Below are positions 58,754 to 64,000 of a stretch of 64,000 nt of DNA, piece by piece (within the stretch, counting starts at the first letter, position 1; every line of letters starts with the position of its first letter). Position numbers and translations under genes: made by a program. Origin of the DNA: Escherichia coli (GTDB taxonomy: Bacteria; Pseudomonadota; Gammaproteobacteria; Enterobacterales; Enterobacteriaceae); the NCBI RefSeq assembly GCF_016903815.1, contig NZ_CP069973.1; one strand, written 5' to 3'. The notes beneath the pieces are model-generated. The model saw only the letters and a list, made by a program, of their open reading frames with translations, was not told the origin of the DNA and did not search any database.

Positions 58754-60037
58754 ATGGATTTCCAGTTATATTCGCTCGGCGCAGCGTTAGTGTTTCATGA
58801 AATATTTTTTCCTGAATCATCAACGGCAATGGCGTTAATTCTGGCAATGGGAACCTACGGTGCAGGTTATGTGGCGCGTATTGTCGGAGCATTTATTTTC
58901 GGCAAAATGGGCGACAGAATCGGGCGTAAAAAAGTGCTCTTTATTACCATCACCATGATGGGGATCTGTACCACCTTAATTGGTGTGCTGCCGACCTATG
59001 CACAAATTGGTGTGTTTGCGCCAATTTTGCTGGTGACGCTGCGTATTATTCAGGGGCTGGGGGCAGGCGCGGAAATTTCCGGTGCCGGCACGATGCTGGC
59101 GGAATATGCACCAAAAGGTAAGCGCGGAATTATCTCCTCATTTGTTGCTATGGGGACTAACTGCGGAACCTTGAGCGCAACGGCAATCTGGGCCTTTATG
59201 TTCTTCATTCTCAGTAAAGAGGAACTGCTGGCGTGGGGATGGCGTATACCGTTCCTGGCGAGCGTTGTCGTGATGGTCTTTGCTATCTGGTTGCGTATGA
59301 ATCTGAAAGAAAGCCCGGTCTTTGAGAAGGTTAACGACAGCAACCAACCGACAGCAAAACCTGCACCTGCTGGTAGCATGTTCCAGAGCAAATCCTTCTG
59401 GCTGGTAACAGGGCTGCGTTTTGGTCAGGCTGGTAACTCCGGTTTAATTCAGACTTTCCTTGCAGGCTATTTAGTGCAGACGTTATTGTTTAACAAAGCA
59501 ATTCCAACAGGTGCATTGATGATCAGTTCGATTCTCGGCTTTATGACCATTCCGTTCCTTGGTTGGTTATCCGATAAAATTGGTCGCCGGATCCCGTATA
59601 TTATTATGAATACCTCTGCGATTGTGCTGGCGTGGCCAATGCTTTCTATCATCGTAGATAAAAGCTATGCCCCGAGCACCATTATGGTTGCACTGATTGT
59701 GATTCATAACTGTGCGGTGCTGGGATTATTTGCTCTGGAAAACATTACCATGGCAGAAATGTTCGGCTGTAAAAACCGCTTTACCCGGATGGCTATTTCT
59801 AAAGAAATTGGTGGTCTTATCGCTTCCGGTTTTGGTCCTATCCTGGCGGGTATTTTCTGCACCATGACGGAATCCTGGTATCCGATCGCCATTATGATCA
59901 TGGCATATTCAGTGATTGGTTTAATCTCTGCGCTGAAAATGCCAGAAGTGAAAGACCGTGATTTAAGTGCGCTGGAAGACGCTGCGGAAGATCAACCGCG
60001 TGTTGTCAGAGCTGCGCAACCTTCCATAAGTCTTTAA
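58754..60037 (+). pseudogene. ydfJ: MFS transporter YdfJ, 5'-truncated at the prophage junction
   Basis: 427-aa ORF starting at the internal MDFQLYSLGAALVFHEIFFPESS.... About 28 N-terminal codons of the ancestral gene are absent, and similarity to ydfJ begins around 58745. Confidence 0.8.
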
Positions 60038-60125
60038 ATCCTCAATCCCTTCTCTTACCGGAGAGGGGATTTTTATTCATATAACAAAACATGTAGCTTG
60101 CCATATTTATATTTAAGGAATTGTT

Positions 60126-61586
60126 ATGGGAAATAATTTGTTATCAGCAAAAGCGACACTCCCTGTTTATGATCGTAATAACCTGGCCCCAAGAATTGTT
60201 CATTTAGGCTTTGGTGCATTTCACCGTGCGCATCAGGGCGTGTATGCCGATATTCTTGCTACGGAACATTTCAGTGACTGGGGATATTATGAGGTCAACT
60301 TAATCGGCGGCGAACAGCAAATTGCCGATTTACAACAGCAAGATAATCTTTATACCGTTGCGGAAATGTCGGCCGATGCGTGGACGGCTCGCGTCGTTGG
60401 CGTCGTTAAAAAAGCCTTGCACGTACAGATTGATGGCTTAGAAACCGTGTTGGCTGCGATGTGTGAACCGCAAATCGCGATTGTCTCTCTGACAATCACC
60501 GAAAAAGGGTATTTCCACTCTCCGGCGACCGGACAGTTAATGCTCGATCACCCGATGGTCGTTGCCGACGTACAAAATCCCCACCAGCCGAAAACTGCAA
60601 CAGGGGTGATTGTCGAGGCGCTGGCTCGCCGTAAAGCGGCAGGACTTCCCGCATTTACCGTCATGTCATGTGACAACATGCCAGAAAACGGTCATGTTAT
60701 GCGTGACGTTGTCACTTCCTACGCGCAAGCTGTTGATGTAAAACTGGCACAATGGATCGAAGAAAACGTGACTTTCCCATCAACAATGGTGGACCGTATT
60801 GTGCCCGCAGTGACAGAGGATACGCTGGCGAAAATCGAACAACTTACCGGTGTGCGCGATCCTGCTGGCGTTGCCTGTGAACCTTTCCGCCAGTGGGTAA
60901 TAGAAGATAACTTTGTTGCCGGACGTCCGGAATGGGAAAAAGCGGGAGCCGAACTGGTTAGTGATGTGCTGCCTTATGAAGAGATGAAGTTGCGCATGCT
61001 CAACGGCAGTCATTCATTCCTGGCGTATCTGGGGTATCTTGCCGGATATCAGCACATTAATGACTGCATGGAAGATGAACATTATCGTCATGCAGCGTAT
61101 GCCTTGATGTTGCAGGAACAAGCGCCGACGTTGAAAGTGCAGGGCGTTGATTTGCAAGATTACGCTAACCGATTAATTGAACGCTATAGCAACCCGGCGC
61201 TACGTCATCGAACCTGGCAGATTGCGATGGATGGCAGCCAGAAATTGCCACAGCGGATGTTGGATTCTGTTCGCTGGCATCTGGCGCATGACAGCAAGTT
61301 CGATCTGCTGGCGCTGGGCGTCGCAGGTTGGATGCGTTATGTCGGTGGTGTTGATGAACAGGGAAATCCGATAGAAATCAGTGACCCACTGTTACCTGTT
61401 ATTCAGAAGGCTGTACAAAGTAGTGCCGAAGGGAAAGCGCGCGTCCAGTCATTGCTGGCGATTAAGGCGATCTTTGGTGATGATTTGCCAGACAATAGCT
61501 TGTTTACTGCAAAAGTGACGGAAGCGTACTTGTCTTTATTAGCGCATGGTGCGAAAGCGACCGTGGCGAAATATTCCGTGAAGTAA
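60126..61586 (+). CDS. ydfI: mannitol-dehydrogenase-family oxidoreductase YdfI
   Basis: 486-aa ORF with the N-terminal Rossmann motif [13 protein letters not shown]. Confidence 0.9.
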   Translation: MGNNLLSAKATLPVYDRNNLAPRIVHLGFGAFHRAHQGVYADILATEHFSDWGYYEVNLIGGEQQIADLQQQDNLYTVAEMSADAWTARVVGVVKKALHVQIDGLETVLAAMCEPQIAIVSLTITEKGYFHSPATGQLMLDHPMVVADVQNPHQPKTATGVIVEALARRKAAGLPAFTVMSCDNMPENGHVMRDVVTSYAQAVDVKLAQWIEENVTFPSTMVDRIVPAVTEDTLAKIEQLTGVRDPAGVACEPFRQWVIEDNFVAGRPEWEKAGAELVSDVLPYEEMKLRMLNGSHSFLAYLGYLAGYQHINDCMEDEHYRHAAYALMLQEQAPTLKVQGVDLQDYANRLIERYSNPALRHRTWQIAMDGSQKLPQRMLDSVRWHLAHDSKFDLLALGVAGWMRYVGGVDEQGNPIEISDPLLPVIQKAVQSSAEGKARVQSLLAIKAIFGDDLPDNSLFTAKVTEAYLSLLAHGAKATVAKYSVK

Positions 61587-61614
61587 AAAAAGCAATGCCG
61601 CCATCGGCGGCATT
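61584..61614 (-). terminator. rho-independent terminator of ydfZ (hairpin shared with the ydfI 3' end)
   Basis: AATGCCGCC-atc-GGCGGCATT. On the minus strand it is followed by T7. Confidence 0.65.
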
Positions 61615-61621
61615 CACACGC

Positions 61622-61825
61622 TTAGTTCATGCCGAGACGAATCAGGTCCAGAGGTGCCAGTTTCTCTTCACAACCTTCAACAACTACGGTTTTTCCGCGG
61701 CGGATTTGCTCAGCGGTCAGACCTTCAGTATCAATCGACAGGATCTTGCCAGTGTGACCGGTGCCGCTAACCATAACACGGCTGCCAGTGGTGATTGCGT
61801 TACGGTTACGATCGTAGGTCGTCAT
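61622..61825 (-). CDS. ydfZ: YdfZ (small selenium-binding protein)
   Basis: 67 aa, [36 protein letters not shown].... Confidence 0.85.
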
Positions 61826-62002
61826 AGGTGTTTTCTCCTTTCTGATTTACAGTCGAAGCCCACGTAACGGGCGCAATATAAATACTCCTGTCGAGTGAAA
61901 TATTTTTTGTTTTTGATCAAGCTCACATCTTTTTTGATGCATGCATGAGCCATAAGGCGGGGCGAATAGACTCTCACCCCGGATGGGATGAGAGGAAATG
62001 AA

Positions 62003-62689
62003 TTACTCTTCGCTAAACCAGTCGCTGTTTTCCTGACGGATCTGGCGCACGGATTCGCTGATTTCCTGCAAATGTTGCGTCATTGCACGTTCTACCGCAT
62101 CGCCATCACGTTTTTGCAGGGCAGAGAAAATCTCAAGATGCTGGCGTAACAGCATTTCTGGTGGAGAAACGTGGTCGAAACTCATATAGCGCACGCGATC
62201 AACGGTCGCTTTCAGGTTCTCAATGGTATCCCACGCCAGTTGACAGTCGGCAATCTGGGTCAGGAGTTGATGGAAGTTGTCATCAAGTTCAAAAAAATCA
62301 TCCAGTTGCTTGCGCTCTATGGCAATGCGTTGCTGGTGAAGATTTTGTTCCAGTTGGTAGCACTGGCTTTCGGTAATCATGCTCGCCGCCCGACGCGCCA
62401 CCGCGCACTCAATGGCCTGACGGATAAAACTGCCGTTGCGCACCTGGGCCATGGAAATTTTGTTGACGTAGCTGCCACGCTGCGGACGAATTTGAATCAG
62501 GCCGTTTTCCGCCAGTTTAATAAAGGCTTCACGAACCGGCTGGCGTGACACATTGAAACGAACAGAAACTTCTTTTTCCGACAACGGTGTGCCTGGTGCA
62601 ATCAGGCAATGGACAATGTCGCGACGAAGAATACGATAAATCTGCTGATTGACAGGCTGTGTGGGATTAAGTTGCGTTTCGACGGTCAT
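62003..62689 (-). CDS. ydfH: GntR-family transcriptional regulator YdfH (RspR)
   Basis: 228 aa with an N-terminal wHTH ([39 protein letters not shown]) and an FCD domain. Confidence 0.9.
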   Translation of the reverse strand: MTVETQLNPTQPVNQQIYRILRRDIVHCLIAPGTPLSEKEVSVRFNVSRQPVREAFIKLAENGLIQIRPQRGSYVNKISMAQVRNGSFIRQAIECAVARRAASMITESQCYQLEQNLHQQRIAIERKQLDDFFELDDNFHQLLTQIADCQLAWDTIENLKATVDRVRYMSFDHVSPPEMLLRQHLEIFSALQKRDGDAVERAMTQHLQEISESVRQIRQENSDWFSEE

Positions 62690-62777
62690 TCGTTCTTGCT
62701 TGTGAGTGAGTTAACTGCATGAGTCTACCACTTTTTTGTGACAAGCAATAACCCGGCAGTTACGCCGGGTATAAAAA

Positions 62778-63524
62778 TTACTGACGGTGGACATTCAGTC
62801 CGGCATAGCTTTGGGTAACCGGCATCATTTCCAGGGTATTGATATTGACGTGAGCAGGCAGCGTTGACACCCACCAGACGGCTTCGCTGACATCTTCTGG
62901 CGTCAATGCAACGGTATTTTGATAGGTTTTTTCCGCTTTACCGTCATCGCCTTTAAAGCGGACATTGGAAAACTCGGTGCCACCCACCAGACCCGGCTCG
63001 ATGTCGGTGACGCGCACCGCCGTACCATGCAGGTCCGTACGCAGATTCAGGCTAAACTGACGAACAAACGCTTTCGTCGCACCGTAAACGTTACCACCGG
63101 CATACGGCCAGCTGCCTGCCGTTGAGCCAATGTTAATAATATGACCATGATTACGTTCAACCATACCCGGTAAGACGGCGCGCGTCATATATACTAGGCC
63201 TTTGTTGTTGGTATCAATCATCGTTTCCCAGTCTTCAACGCTGGCTTTATGCGCAGGCTCCATGCCCAACGCCAGACCGGCATTATTTACCAGGATATCA
63301 ATATTGCACCACTCGGCAGGAAGCGATGCCAGCATCTCTTCAATAGCGGCGCGGTTGCGAACGTCCAGTTGGGCGATATACAGATTATCTCCCAGTTCGT
63401 CTTTTAACTCCTGCAACCGCTCCTGGCGACGGCCAGTGGCGATAACTTTATGCCCTTGTTGAATAAAACGACGAGTAATGCATTCACCAAAACCTGCCGT
63501 TGCTCCAGTTACTAAAACGATCAT
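62778..63524 (-). CDS. ydfG: NADP-dependent 3-hydroxy acid dehydrogenase YdfG (SDR)
   Basis: 248 aa from MIVLVTGATAGFGECITRRF..., with the YxxxK catalytic motif (YGATK). Confidence 0.9.
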   Translation of the reverse strand: MIVLVTGATAGFGECITRRFIQQGHKVIATGRRQERLQELKDELGDNLYIAQLDVRNRAAIEEMLASLPAEWCNIDILVNNAGLALGMEPAHKASVEDWETMIDTNNKGLVYMTRAVLPGMVERNHGHIINIGSTAGSWPYAGGNVYGATKAFVRQFSLNLRTDLHGTAVRVTDIEPGLVGGTEFSNVRFKGDDGKAEKTYQNTVALTPEDVSEAVWWVSTLPAHVNINTLEMMPVTQSYAGLNVHRQ

Positions 63525-63660
63525 CTCACTGTTCCTCAACGCTTTTGTGTGTCAATAACATAGCACGTGATGCTTAAGAGCGGGTAATACTGGTTTGCAA
63601 GATTGCACTCCGTTATCAGTAAGCCTACGCTATGGAACACCTCGCGTTCAGGAGAAGAAA

Positions 63661-64000
63661 ATGACAACAATGAATCCTTTCCTTGTGCAAAGCACACTGC
63701 CGTATCTGGCTCCCCATTTTGATCAAATTTCCAATCATCACTATCGCCCGGCATTCGATGAGGGAATGCTGCAAAAGCGGGCAGAAATTACTGCCATCGC
63801 GCTTAACCCGCAAACGCCTGATTTCAACAATACTATTCTGGCACTGGAACAAAGCGGAGAATTACTTACCCGCGTTACCAGCGTCTTTTTTGCGATGACT
63901 GCGGCGCATACCAATGATGAATTACAGCGTCTTGATGAACAGTTTTCCGCTGAACTGGCGGAACTGGCTAATGATATCTATCTGAACGGTGAATTATTCG
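63661..64000 (+). CDS. dcp: dipeptidyl carboxypeptidase Dcp, 5' part (runs off the window)
   Basis: Open frame from ATG 63661: MTTMNPFLVQSTLPYLAPHFDQISNHHYRPAFDEGMLQKRAEI.... There is no stop before the window end. Confidence 0.85.
   Translation, partial: MTTMNPFLVQSTLPYLAPHFDQISNHHYRPAFDEGMLQKRAEITAIALNPQTPDFNNTILALEQSGELLTRVTSVFFAMTAAHTNDELQRLDEQFSAELAELANDIYLNGELF

Overview
Escherichia coli chromosomal segment with one large lambdoid prophage. Left flank (1-9600): an HlyD-family adaptor plus a 14-TMS MFS efflux permease, smrA (ydaL), dgcM (ydaM) split by a complete 768-bp IS1 with a 9-bp target duplication, zntB, the FNR-dependent sRNA FnrS, dbpA, a REP cluster and ttcA. From about 9.5 kb to 58.7 kb lies a roughly 49-kb Rac-family prophage that is far more complete than the K-12 Rac remnant. 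In order it carries: intR/xisR, ydaC, ralR, recT, recE, racC, ydaE, kilR, sieB, ydaF/ydaG, a repressor with divergent ydaS/ydaT, ydaU/ydaV replication genes and nin-like genes. An AT-rich accessory island follows (reverse-oriented KilA-N gene, decayed hok/sok locus, DUF1971 gene, a 28-aa hydrophobic peptide). Next come a YbcO-like protein, a Q-like antiterminator, an uncharacterised membrane-protein moron, lambda-like S/R/Rz/Rz1 lysis genes and trkG. After that are a ParB/Srx-domain protein with a glycosyltransferase-like partner, terminase, portal, head genes and a lambda-like tail (G/GT frameshift, tape measure, M, L, K, I, J). The prophage ends with lom, a side tail fibre, a second small fibre cassette and pin. 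Right flank: ydfK, 5'-truncated ydfJ, ydfI, ydfZ, ydfH, ydfG and the start of dcp. This is the K-12 Qin-side junction in inverted orientation, so the element has a Rac-type left end and a Qin-type right end, and I see no second att core. Candidate lesions are a ralR nonsense codon, a hok frameshift, a gpI frameshift in an A-run and a pin frameshift in a G7 run. The most interesting unexplained items are the ParB/Srx plus GT-like pair ahead of the terminase, the terminator-bracketed membrane-protein moron between Q and the holin with a convergent overlapping small ORF, and the 28-aa hydrophobic peptide with a facing terminator hairpin. Also notable are a TGCGCA-type repeat array inside the small terminase gene and the replaced tail-fibre cassette next to an orphan invertase. 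All family assignments come from reading the translated sequences and from recalled reference sequences. No database search was run.
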